IMG/VR virus record: IMGVR_UViG_3300037045_000105
Coordinates: 1-45,387 of that record
From: a virus
Taxonomy: Duplodnaviria > Caudoviricetes
DNA: 45,387 nucleotides
Strand: one strand, 5' to 3'
The notes under the pieces are model-generated. The model saw only the letters and a program-made list of their open reading frames with translations, was not told the origin of the DNA and made no database searches. The position numbers and the translations under genes were made by a program. This document shows, piece after piece, positions 9,816-18,677 of the stretch (position 1 is its first letter; the number at the start of each line of letters is the position of its first letter).

Positions 9816-10411
9816 GTGCCTATCTCGACTCCCCGGCAAACACAGTTGACCGGCTTGAACTTAGCGATAATGCCCGCAATTAGCAGCGCATCAGCCACGC
9901 TGAGCGCCCCGGATCCCCACCACCAGTAGCCCCACACGAAGTTCCCCCACGTCGGAGCGTTCGTCCAGTCCTCGCGCGCCTGCAACGTGGCGAGCGGGAT
10001 GCGGATCCAAAACTGTGAGTAGTACGGCGCTGGTTCCCCGCGTGGCCCGATGCGGTCGGAGTAGAACACGACCTCGGCCCCGGGGAATCCAACGTACTCG
10101 AGTTGCTGCTCAATTGACTGGTCCGCCCCAGCGTAGTCCCACAGTTCCGCGGCGTGGATCAGGCGGTTCCTGTGCTGCTCCGCGGTCTCGCCTGGATACC
10201 GCGAGAGGCCGCCTCGTTCTTGCGCGACGGGCGGCAGAGCATCATCAGCACTGAGCGGCGACGCGATTAGCCCGGCAGAAGCTGCTCGCAGCTGCTCGTC
10301 CGACAGCATATCGAACAGCGTTGCGACGCCGTACCAAAGCCGCCCACCGATGTCTTTCTTCGCCCATTCCGGTAGCTGCGTCGCGAAGAACCACTCGCGC
10401 AACGTCGTCAT
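9812..10411 (-). CDS. Baseplate wedge protein, P2 gpI/Mu gp48-like
   Basis: DALPPVAQERG..RYPGETAEQHRNRL..A..LW..AG motif; follows baseplate J. Confidence 0.8.
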   Translation of the reverse strand: MTTLREWFFATQLPEWAKKDIGGRLWYGVATLFDMLSDEQLRAASAGLIASPLSADDALPPVAQERGGLSRYPGETAEQHRNRLIHAAELWDYAGADQSIEQQLEYVGFPGAEVVFYSDRIGPRGEPAPYYSQFWIRIPLATLQAREDWTNAPTWGNFVWGYWWWGSGALSVADALLIAGIIAKFKPVNCVCRGVEIGT

Positions 10412-11592
10412 GCCGCCACCGGGATGAGATTCAGGTGTGACGCATCGAACACGCGATCAATCACCGCGACTGCATCAGTAGCGGCAGCCGTCGACTCTGC
10501 CGGCGAGCTGAGCACCGCCGCTTTGATCGCCGGCTGATCGCCAACTTTCGCGGACTCAATTGCCTTCTCGAGTTGCGCGCGCAGGATTCGACTCGCGCCA
10601 TATCCCGCGAACGTTTCGCCACCGATAGGCAGCTCCTTCTGCAGGTTTAGCAAGACCGACGAAACCGCCGCTTCCACATCGTCTGCACTGAACCCGGCGT
10701 AGTAGTAGATCGAACCCGCCGGGTTCAGTGTCAGTGTACTTGCGGCACGCACAAGCATTCTAGCCGCGAAGGGCGCCAGCATCTTCCCGGATAGCAGGGA
10801 AGCAGCGGCCGCAACTGCCTCAGGAGCGGCCGCGCCGGAATCGCTCGCGAGGATTACGTCGAAGGTGAAGTCGCCACGCGGATTGTCGTCGAGCACCTGC
10901 ACCCGGCGCACTCCATTATGCGCGAATCGCGCGTAGTAGATCACCGCGTCGCGAGCCAACGAGAGCGGGTTCCGCGTTGCCCAGACCGTTCGATTGCGCT
11001 CCTTGAGTGCGGTGTCCGTTTCCTCGTCGCCTCCGCTACGGACGATTGACTGGTTCGAGCAGGTGACCCCGATAAACGTGGTGACAAGTCGATTGATGGC
11101 GCCTATCGTCGAGACATTCCCGAGGATGCCAGGCGCCTCGCACTCGAAGACGTAATCCTTGGACGTCCCCGCTGTGAGAGTCGATGGAAGCGTCTCTGCT
11201 CCGTATCCGGCGATAAGCCGAAACGTTGATGTCTCGTCAGTCGCAACAACATCCCCGGCACTGAACGTGTGCGGGCCGGAGCCGGCGGCGCAGGTCAATC
11301 GGATGCGAATTTGCGAGGCTTGCGCCGGGACCCGATCGTGGCCGTAGACCGACTTGGACCACGCAGTGAGAGCATCGCCGAACGCCGCTTCGCCAACCGA
11401 GATGGCCTTCGATATGACGTTGATCTTGCTCTGTTGGTTCGCGAGGCGCGAAACCGCATTGAGAATCAGACCCGGCTGACTGCCTTCGCCGAAGTGCAAC
11501 GGATCGGTGATCCCGAGCGTGTCCCAGATGTCGAGTAGCTCCTGGCGCAACTCGTCGATCGAACGTTCTCGGATATCTGAATAGGCTACCAT
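10408..11592 (-). CDS. Baseplate J-like protein (P2 gpJ/Mu gp47)
   Basis: GDAL..W...YG..R.PA, CEAPG..GN and GGDEETD..LKER motifs. Confidence 0.9.
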   Translation of the reverse strand: MVAYSDIRERSIDELRQELLDIWDTLGITDPLHFGEGSQPGLILNAVSRLANQQSKINVISKAISVGEAAFGDALTAWSKSVYGHDRVPAQASQIRIRLTCAAGSGPHTFSAGDVVATDETSTFRLIAGYGAETLPSTLTAGTSKDYVFECEAPGILGNVSTIGAINRLVTTFIGVTCSNQSIVRSGGDEETDTALKERNRTVWATRNPLSLARDAVIYYARFAHNGVRRVQVLDDNPRGDFTFDVILASDSGAAAPEAVAAAASLLSGKMLAPFAARMLVRAASTLTLNPAGSIYYYAGFSADDVEAAVSSVLLNLQKELPIGGETFAGYGASRILRAQLEKAIESAKVGDQPAIKAAVLSSPAESTAAATDAVAVIDRVFDASHLNLIPVAA

Positions 11593-11990
11593 TACAACGC
11601 TTCTCCCATCAAGGACACGAGCGAAAGTCTCGCGCTTGCGAGCTCAAGAACGAACGGGAACGGGCCATCCCCGTCGTCGATCTCGACCCCGACGTAGGTG
11701 ATTCCGACCGCGCCTTCGCGCCGAACGGTGACCATCACCGTCTCGATCCGTTCCTCGCGTTGCGCTTGCGACTCGCACTCCATCGCGATGCGCGCGTCGC
11801 TCATGTTCGACTCGACCGCGGTCGCCAGATCGAACCCGTACCCGGGCCAGTCAGGCACGCTGTCGCGAGGAGTCGAGTACCGACGAGCGATCGACTGGGC
11901 GAGCCCAAGCCGGCGATTGCGCTGCCATGGGAAGGTGCGCGACGCGGCGTCGGTCACCCAATCGGCGTCTAGACCTAGATCGGTTGCCAT
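11592..11990 (-). CDS. Baseplate wedge subunit (gpW/gp25/Mu gp46-like)
   Basis: LAQSIARRYSTPR....WPGYGFDL...EERIETV motif; precedes baseplate J. Confidence 0.8.
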   Translation of the reverse strand: MATDLGLDADWVTDAASRTFPWQRNRRLGLAQSIARRYSTPRDSVPDWPGYGFDLATAVESNMSDARIAMECESQAQREERIETVMVTVRREGAVGITYVGVEIDDGDGPFPFVLELASARLSLVSLMGEAL

Positions 11991-12099
11991 TGGAATTTAG
12001 CCGGCGATTTCGGCGCTCGAGGGAGGAAAGCGCCGTGGGCTCACCGGGGCCCGCAGTTGGTTGGGTAGATTTCGAAGGGGCCGCGGGTAGTCTCGGGGG

Positions 12100-12858
12100 A
12101 TGAGCAAGCTCTCGCTTCTGATCGTGTTGTGCTGCGTCGGCTGCGTCGACGATTCCGTGCCCGGCGTGGAGTCATCAGCCGCTGAGGGCACTGGCGGTTC
12201 TACAGCTGGCGCTACCAGCGTTGGCGGCGGCACCTCGACAGGTGGTGTAGCTGGAGCTGAGGATGCACCACAGGCGGGAATCGCGGGCACACCGACGTTG
12301 GTGACCAACCGGTGCGACTGGATCCCGGAGTGTGCGCGCGAGCCGGGCGACTGCAGTCGCGCGATGGTTTCCGTCATCGGCGAATGCGATCTGGTTGCCT
12401 TCTCGTGCGGCGATAGGTTCGGCTACCAAATCCACACCAAGACGTTTTTCTGCGCGTCGAGCACGGACTGCGCCACTGGAGTGCGCGAATACACGGGATA
12501 TGCTGCGTCGGCCTGCAATGAGCAGGTAGCTGCAATACCGTACGAGTGCAGCTTTATCGAAAACGGGCAGGACCTTGGGCCATGCTCCGCGTACTCGCGA
12601 GGCCGAAGCCACTGCGACGAGTCCGGGGGTTGCGTTTCGTGCGCCACCGTTACTACCGTTGGAGCACGCAAGATCCACGCGAATTCCTCGCTGGACTGCG
12701 ACCACGACGGTTCGTGCGAGACCTCCGCGGGGATGAATCACAATTGCGGAGCGTGCGGTAACGTATGCCCGGACGGGAAAACGTGTGCCCCCACGCAGTA
12801 TCAATCGGCGGATGGTCTTGAAACCAAGATACTGTACGCCTGCGTTACCCAGTCCTGA
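12100..12858 (+). CDS. Cys-rich lipoprotein (myxobacterial type); moron-like gene antisense to the tail operon
   Basis: Lipobox LIVLCCVGC, G/S/T/A linker, many Cys, HNCGACGNVCPDGKTC motif; fills the gap between minus-strand baseplate genes. Confidence 0.8.
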   Translation: MSKLSLLIVLCCVGCVDDSVPGVESSAAEGTGGSTAGATSVGGGTSTGGVAGAEDAPQAGIAGTPTLVTNRCDWIPECAREPGDCSRAMVSVIGECDLVAFSCGDRFGYQIHTKTFFCASSTDCATGVREYTGYAASACNEQVAAIPYECSFIENGQDLGPCSAYSRGRSHCDESGGCVSCATVTTVGARKIHANSSLDCDHDGSCETSAGMNHNCGACGNVCPDGKTCAPTQYQSADGLETKILYACVTQS

Positions 12859-13507
12859 GCGTCGCCTGCAGTGCGCTCCATGTTGGCGCTGACGTCGGGA
12901 GCAGCACCATGAAATGGAACTCTCCAGAGAGACCGTCCGAGGTGATCCGTGCTTGCAGGTCGGCTCCAGCCGTGGCGATATCCCCGTCGAATCGGTAGAG
13001 GCGAAGTCCGGAAACGCCAAGGTTGGCGCTGATTCCTGCGGCTAACGACTGCTGCGTCTCGATCGCCGCCTGCAGCGCCGTCAGTTGAGAGAGGATCGTG
13101 GCCACAAGCGTCAGATTGACGTTGGGCCCGCTAACTCCGGCTGAGATCTGCGCGTTGAGCCCAGCGATAGCAGAGACATCGGCATCGATGCGCGCGCCCA
13201 ACGCTGGGTCAGCTGCGCGCAGCGACACCATTGCCGCGATTCCGGCAGAGATTGCAGTGGCCCACGCGGCGCCGCTGCCTGGCAACGCGGCAACCGTCGC
13301 TAGGTCTGCCGTGAGATTAGTACCCGCCGTGGTCAACTGCGTCGCGATGTCGAATGACGGGCTTGGCGTTTGGAGCAGCGTGTAGCGCGCAACCTTCTCC
13401 GAGATACCCGGCAGGGTTAGTCCAACCAGCGTGTTTATCCCGGTAGTTGTCGCAGCCGCAGCCGTTAGGCCGCCGCCAACCGTGACGTCGCCGACCACGG
13501 TGATCAT
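12845..13507 (-). CDS. Ala/Leu-rich baseplate-region protein
   Basis: Start MITVVGDV overlaps upstream stop; helical A/L/T-rich; lies between spike and wedge genes. Confidence 0.6.
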   Translation of the reverse strand: MITVVGDVTVGGGLTAAAATTTGINTLVGLTLPGISEKVARYTLLQTPSPSFDIATQLTTAGTNLTADLATVAALPGSGAAWATAISAGIAAMVSLRAADPALGARIDADVSAIAGLNAQISAGVSGPNVNLTLVATILSQLTALQAAIETQQSLAAGISANLGVSGLRLYRFDGDIATAGADLQARITSDGLSGEFHFMVLLPTSAPTWSALQATLRTG

Positions 13508-14637
13508 ATGAGTAACCTCGCGTTTCCCGGGCCTATGATAGTGCCGCGAATGGGCGTCGTGACCGTAATGACGGCGGGGCCCATTGTGGTGGTGATAGGC
13601 AAGTTCATCGGTAGAGCGATCTCGATCTCGTCCCCGATTCGGCAAGCGGGCGACTGCGCACCCCCAGGCTCGAACTCGAGTGTCGTTACGGCAGCCGCGT
13701 TGCCTTGGTCCCACAGGCCCACGTAGGGCTTGTCCGGGTCGCCTCCTTCGAAGGCGACTGTCACGACGGCACCCTGCGACACAGTGACACGATATCCGGG
13801 CAGGCCGACGCGGATCTCCACCTTGTCCAGGCCGTTTCCGGGCTTGGCGAGCCGAGGATCGCGCGGATTGGTCGGAACCAACTGCAGCGTGCCGTCCGCG
13901 TTCTGCCCGTGCACGCGGCACGGGTACGAGCACGCCATGTCGATCCGACGCCGAATGCCCTCGAGGTAGTTGTCCAGCGCGAGCTCGACGGAGTCCATGC
14001 GTACGACGGTTCGGGTCGCGTCAGGGCTGATGTGATGGACGACCTGCTCGATGCGATTGCCGCTGTAGGTGAGACCCGGCGCGAGCTTCGCGAGCTCGGC
14101 GAAGTCGTCGGCCATCAGAGTGATCGAACCCGATTCCCAGTCCTCGTCGTCGACCTCGACGCGCGGCTTCACCGTCGCCCAGGTGTCGGTGCCGATCCAG
14201 ACTTTGCCGTCCTGCAGTACCCGCCACGTCAGGCCCAGGCGGTCGCAGAGGGCGAGCAGGCAGTGAGATGCCTGCCCGCGGATTCGCTCCCAGTGAGGGA
14301 GCCTGTGCGCGGCAAGTGGCAACCCTTCAGCGAGCACCTCTCCCGCCTCGCGGCAGATGTCCGCGGCTACTGTGGCGGCCGAGGTGGATGCGTAGTGACG
14401 CCCTTCAAGCACCTTGGTCAGGTTGCCAGCGCCGCCCACAATTACCGCTCGGGCGCGCCCCCCGAACCCGTTCGAGCGCTTGACGGTGCCCTTCCATCGC
14501 ACGCCGTCAATGTCGATCGTGGCGATCCCAGACAGGGCAGCGTCTCCTTCGATCTCCGCCTCGACGCGCCACGCGTTCACGCGCAGCACCGAGAGGCGCA
14601 GAGACAAGACGTCGCGGTTGTTGACGCTCGCGCTCAT
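13504..14637 (-). CDS. Baseplate hub fused to spike OB-fold (gp27/gp5, VgrG-like architecture)
   Basis: Start MSASVNN; hub-like N-terminus (L.ALCDRLG..WRVLQDG.VWIG); VAFEGGDPDKPYVG gp5/VgrG OB motif; short ACRIGD..GTIIGPG tip. Confidence 0.75.
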   Translation of the reverse strand: MSASVNNRDVLSLRLSVLRVNAWRVEAEIEGDAALSGIATIDIDGVRWKGTVKRSNGFGGRARAVIVGGAGNLTKVLEGRHYASTSAATVAADICREAGEVLAEGLPLAAHRLPHWERIRGQASHCLLALCDRLGLTWRVLQDGKVWIGTDTWATVKPRVEVDDEDWESGSITLMADDFAELAKLAPGLTYSGNRIEQVVHHISPDATRTVVRMDSVELALDNYLEGIRRRIDMACSYPCRVHGQNADGTLQLVPTNPRDPRLAKPGNGLDKVEIRVGLPGYRVTVSQGAVVTVAFEGGDPDKPYVGLWDQGNAAAVTTLEFEPGGAQSPACRIGDEIEIALPMNLPITTTMGPAVITVTTPIRGTIIGPGNARLLI

Positions 14638-15272
14638 CTTTCGACGCTCTGCCCGGTTAGGTCGCCAATCATCGACGAGATGCTCGTCGGGTCGGCGGGG
14701 TCTGAGATGCTGAGCGGCACCACGCGCAGCGGATCGAGCTGCCCTGGCGCGCGTGACGTTCCGGTGAGGTCGCCGATGAACCCGTCGAGCTGCCGCTTCC
14801 GCTCGCGCTGCGTCGCATCTTTGACCTTGCCGGTGCCCTTCTTGACCGGCTTCGAGTCCTCGACCCACTCTTGAAACGTGAAGGTAATCACGCGCTTCGA
14901 CTTCGTGTCGAACGGCGGAAGATCGAGATGTTCGATGGTGACCGCCGTTATTCCGGCCTCGATGACCGTGGCATACTTTAGCTCGAAGGGATCCTTCGTC
15001 GCGCCTTCGCGGCGCGGATTGAGGTGCGGTAGAATGCGCTGGAACTCGTCGTGCTGCGCCTTCGAAGTGATGTGCAAACGCCCCTTGAACTTCGCTAACT
15101 CGTAGCCCTTATCAGTGATGGATGCCCCGGATTTGCCGCCGGGCTTCTTCACGTCGAGGTTGCGCTTGAGTGGAATCGGATCGCACTCGAAGCGCCCCGG
15201 CAGCACGTACGGCCCCACTTGGGCGGTGTTCCAGAGCTTCAAATCCTCGGACGGATGCGGGACGGTTGCCAC
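14634..15272 (-). CDS. Tail tube initiator/baseplate protein
   Basis: LDVKKPGGKSGASITDKGYELAKF motif; directly after tape measure. Confidence 0.7.
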   Translation of the reverse strand: MATVPHPSEDLKLWNTAQVGPYVLPGRFECDPIPLKRNLDVKKPGGKSGASITDKGYELAKFKGRLHITSKAQHDEFQRILPHLNPRREGATKDPFELKYATVIEAGITAVTIEHLDLPPFDTKSKRVITFTFQEWVEDSKPVKKGTGKVKDATQRERKRQLDGFIGDLTGTSRAPGQLDPLRVVPLSISDPADPTSISSMIGDLTGQSVER

Positions 15273-17341
15273 TAGGAGGCCCTCCGAAGCGCCGAGATGA
15301 GCTTGCGCTCGATTCGCTCGCCAATGAGGTCGCCGATCTCACCGCCGCTCTTGCCCGTAACGTCCTTGCCGTCGACGAAGACCTGAATCACCACCGACTG
15401 ACCACCACCGGCCGATGCTGCACCGCCCGCGACGGCGCTCGTTGCTGAGCCGCTGACTCGGTTTGACGCCTCTTCGATCGTCGGAATCCGCCGCGTCATG
15501 CCGACGGCTACGCCCTGCGACATGTAGTCGCCGAGCATGGCCATCTTGCGACTGGGCGAGTTGATCTCTTGGTCCGTGCGAATCGCGTCATTCGAGACGC
15601 GCCCGAGCATCGTCGAGGCGTCCATGACGCCCGGTGCGCCAGCGTACATGCCAGCGGCGATGCCGTGGGCCATCGAAAGGCCCGTGTCGTATCCCTGCTG
15701 GTTCATCGAGCCGGCTTCGCCGTTGTCGTTGGCGGCGCCGCCGATCATCGAGATACCAGCCTGAAGCGCCTTCACCGGGGCCAGCGGCGTTAGCCACATC
15801 GCCTTGTCGATGAAACCCCACACGTCGCCGAGCTTGCCAATCCACTCGACCGCCTGGATCAGCATTCCGGTCAGCGTCACGAGGGACCCGGCGAGCTGAC
15901 CCGCAGCGGAGCCAATCCGCACGAGCGAGGACTCCGCGGCGACACCGTTCTCGCCTGCCATGCTGCCGAATCCGGCGGTGATTGCGTCAATCGCGGCGCT
16001 GCCACCCGACGACTGGAACGACGTCGTGAAGGCGTTCCACGCCGCGGGAATTCCGGAGTCTAGAAGCCAAATAACCTTGTTGATGAGGTCGGGTGCCGCG
16101 GCAAACATCCGCGTCATCACGCCGCCGAACGCACCGATCGCGGCTTGCCCGCCAGGGCCCGAGATCCAGTTGGTGAAGTTCCCTATCGCGTCACGCAATG
16201 GAGCAAGCTCTCCTGCGCCAATAGCGTTCGTTGTCGCGACCGAGAACGCGCCCTTTAGGCGGCCCCATTGCCCGATAACCGTGCCCTTGGCCGCTGCTGC
16301 GCCCGCCTCACCAGCGGCGCCTCCGCCGGTTTTCGCTCCAATTGCGTCAGCGATGGCGGGGATCACAACGTCGGAGGTCAGCTTTCCCGCCTCCTTCATT
16401 TTGATGATCTCGGGGACGGTCTTGTTTAGCGTCTTCGCCAGCGAGGCATAGACGAAGTTGGTGTTGATGCCAGCCTCGGATAGCTGGTTGAGTTCGTCAC
16501 CCTGGAGTCGACCAGCCGCTTGCACCTGCCGGATCGCAAGTAGCGCACGACCGATGGTTTCCTCCGTCGCGCCGAGCGAACGCAGGTCGCCCATGCGAAG
16601 AAACAGAAGCTTCGTCGTGTCGTCGGTAAAACCCGACGCTTTCATGTTCATCAGGTTGTCGGCGACGGCGTTGACATTGAGTCCAAACCGCTGCGCGTAA
16701 TCCGCTGCGGTTGCCCACCACTGGTCGCCTTGGCCCTTCGTGATGCTATCGAGCGCAAACTTGACCCGCTCGGCCTCGATGGCGGTTGCGGCCATGTTCC
16801 AGCCGAGCAGCCCCGCACCAGCGACAGCCGCGCCGCCGGCAAGCGCAGCCCCACCGGCTACGCCGCCCGCGAGACCCATGGCACCTCGCCCAGCGATGCC
16901 AGCAGCCGCCCCTCCGTACCGAGCCACGCCCCGGCGCGCCATGGATCCAGCTACGGCCCCAGCACCCGCGAGCCCGCCGCCCCTGAGGCGATAGAGTCTC
17001 CGAAACGCGGTCTCGGTCTTCGCTGCGTCGATCGATAGTCTTCGAAGTGGCGCACCAGAAACGCCAAGCATCCGCAAGGACCGGGCGGCCCATGCGGATG
17101 CGGGTGCCAGTGCGGTGTGGGCCTTTCGGAGGCGCACGACCGCGTTGGCGTGGTTCTGTAGGTCGCGAAATCGCTGAGGCGAAAACGCCTTCGTCTTCGC
17201 GAACGCGCGCTCGACCTTGCTGTGCGCGCGGTCAATCCCGTCCAGGCGCTGTTCGACCGCACGCAGCTCCGCCGCCATCTTTTTGGCTACGGCAGCAGTG
17301 TTGCCGGACAGGTCTAGTTCGAGATCGACTGGTTCAGTCAA
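15272..17341 (-). CDS. Tape measure protein
   Basis: 689 aa A/G-rich; QVQAAGRLQGDELNQLSEAGI tape-measure motif; EINSPSRKM C-terminal motif. Confidence 0.92.
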   Translation of the reverse strand: MTEPVDLELDLSGNTAAVAKKMAAELRAVEQRLDGIDRAHSKVERAFAKTKAFSPQRFRDLQNHANAVVRLRKAHTALAPASAWAARSLRMLGVSGAPLRRLSIDAAKTETAFRRLYRLRGGGLAGAGAVAGSMARRGVARYGGAAAGIAGRGAMGLAGGVAGGAALAGGAAVAGAGLLGWNMAATAIEAERVKFALDSITKGQGDQWWATAADYAQRFGLNVNAVADNLMNMKASGFTDDTTKLLFLRMGDLRSLGATEETIGRALLAIRQVQAAGRLQGDELNQLSEAGINTNFVYASLAKTLNKTVPEIIKMKEAGKLTSDVVIPAIADAIGAKTGGGAAGEAGAAAAKGTVIGQWGRLKGAFSVATTNAIGAGELAPLRDAIGNFTNWISGPGGQAAIGAFGGVMTRMFAAAPDLINKVIWLLDSGIPAAWNAFTTSFQSSGGSAAIDAITAGFGSMAGENGVAAESSLVRIGSAAGQLAGSLVTLTGMLIQAVEWIGKLGDVWGFIDKAMWLTPLAPVKALQAGISMIGGAANDNGEAGSMNQQGYDTGLSMAHGIAAGMYAGAPGVMDASTMLGRVSNDAIRTDQEINSPSRKMAMLGDYMSQGVAVGMTRRIPTIEEASNRVSGSATSAVAGGAASAGGGQSVVIQVFVDGKDVTGKSGGEIGDLIGERIERKLISALRRAS

Positions 17342-17342
17342 G

Positions 17343-17516
17343 TCAACGTGGTCCCATCTGCGAGATCGCTTCGAGCAGCGTGTTCAGATTCGCGAGCGCC
17401 TCGGCAACGACGAGCGCGCCGACGTAGGCTTCATGGGTGTCAGCTCCGCGGCGAAACGCGAGCAGTGCTCGAGCGCTGGACTCGAGGTCCCCGCGAGTCG
17501 CCTCTAGTCTTTTCCC
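17343..17516 (-). CDS. -1 frameshift extension (gpGT-like) of the tail assembly chaperone; slippery site G GGA AAA at 17516-17510
   Basis: XXXYYYZ heptamer one codon before the chaperone stop; -1 frame open (RLEATRGDLESSARALLAFRRG...SQMGPR) to TGA at 17343, 1 nt before the TMP start. Confidence 0.8.
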   Translation of the reverse strand, partial: GKRLEATRGDLESSARALLAFRRGADTHEAYVGALVVAEALANLNTLLEAISQMGPR

Positions 17517-18151
17517 ACTTCTAGAATGCAGTCATTTGCCTGCTCCTGAGATCGGTACCACAAGAGCTTCAACGTCGCTGGCCACTCGCTTAGGAGCGCC
17601 TCGACGGACGACTGCTCGCACTCGCGAACCATCGACAGTACGGCGCTGCGAATCTTTCGGCCATTGTCTCGGTCACCGTTCTCCTTCGCGTCGCTTGCAA
17701 CGCGAACGAGCGCTCCCGATGTCTCATCGCTCGCAATGATTATTGGCGAATGCCCTGCAGGAACTACCCCGAACCATCCGAATTCCCACTTCTGGTCCAG
17801 CTCTTTGCGTCGCTCGGGCGTTGGCTTGAAATCGTCGATATCACAGATTGCTGACGCTTCGATAAGCCTAGCGAGTGGCTCAACGATTGTCGGGTTCGAA
17901 CGGATAGCGACGCGAAACTTCGACACAAGGGACGGTTCCGTCGGGTGCACCCTAAGTGTCTCAACAAACTGCTCGCGAGCGATTCCGGACGACTCCTGTG
18001 GCGCCCCTACGCTGCCCAATAGATCCAGGTATTCGTCTTCTGTCGGCTTCCGGAACGCCACCAGTCCAATCGCCTTGAGGACCGCAAAGGTGACGTTCCC
18101 GTTGCCGTGCTGCGAAAGCAGCTGCGCTTTGACTTCCTTATCGTTGCTCAT
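17504..18151 (-). CDS. Tail assembly chaperone (gpG-like)
   Basis: Between tube and TMP; AFRKPTEDEY motif; ends ..EVGKD at the slippery site. Confidence 0.8.
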   Translation of the reverse strand: MSNDKEVKAQLLSQHGNGNVTFAVLKAIGLVAFRKPTEDEYLDLLGSVGAPQESSGIAREQFVETLRVHPTEPSLVSKFRVAIRSNPTIVEPLARLIEASAICDIDDFKPTPERRKELDQKWEFGWFGVVPAGHSPIIIASDETSGALVRVASDAKENGDRDNGRKIRSAVLSMVRECEQSSVEALLSEWPATLKLLWYRSQEQANDCILEVGKD

Positions 18152-18196
18152 AGCTCCCTCGAATCCCAGCGATCTGCGGTCGCTGTTGTGTGTTGG

Positions 18197-18676
18197 TTAC
18201 AGCTTGTCGTTCGCGAACGGGCCCTGGCCGTTGATGTAGATTCTTCCTGCGATCTGCAGGTCGACGTTGACCTTCAAGGCCTCTGTCCCGGTCTTGTTCT
18301 GCGAGTCCAACGACTTCAGCAGCACATCTTTGATGACGATCGTCATCAATTTGCCGTCTTTGCGTCGGTAGATGCAGGTTGCGTTGCCGCGGAGGTCAAA
18401 GCGCCCGTATCCGTACGAGGCGGCCTTGTCCATGAGGGCGTCAAACGCCTCGCGCTTCCACACCATCGAGCCCTCGGCGGAGTACTCCCCCGTCGTGAGA
18501 TCGGAAACGAAAGGCGAGCCGTTTTCGCGCTCCTCGCCGCGTTCGACGGACTCCTTCCAATTGAACTCCTGAACGCCGCTGAGCACCCCGTAGGAGCGCG
18601 CGCCGTCCGAGAAGTCGAAGCGCCAATCCTGGAACGAGGCATGCGTCCCGTTCGTGCGGAATTGATCGAGCGACAT
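18197..18676 (-). CDS. Tail tube protein
   Basis: 159 aa after sheath; G...S..D......SGVQEFNWKE....TTGEYSAEGSM pattern. Confidence 0.85.
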   Translation of the reverse strand: MSLDQFRTNGTHASFQDWRFDFSDGARSYGVLSGVQEFNWKESVERGEERENGSPFVSDLTTGEYSAEGSMVWKREAFDALMDKAASYGYGRFDLRGNATCIYRRKDGKLMTIVIKDVLLKSLDSQNKTGTEALKVNVDLQIAGRIYINGQGPFANDKL

Positions 18677-18677
18677 G

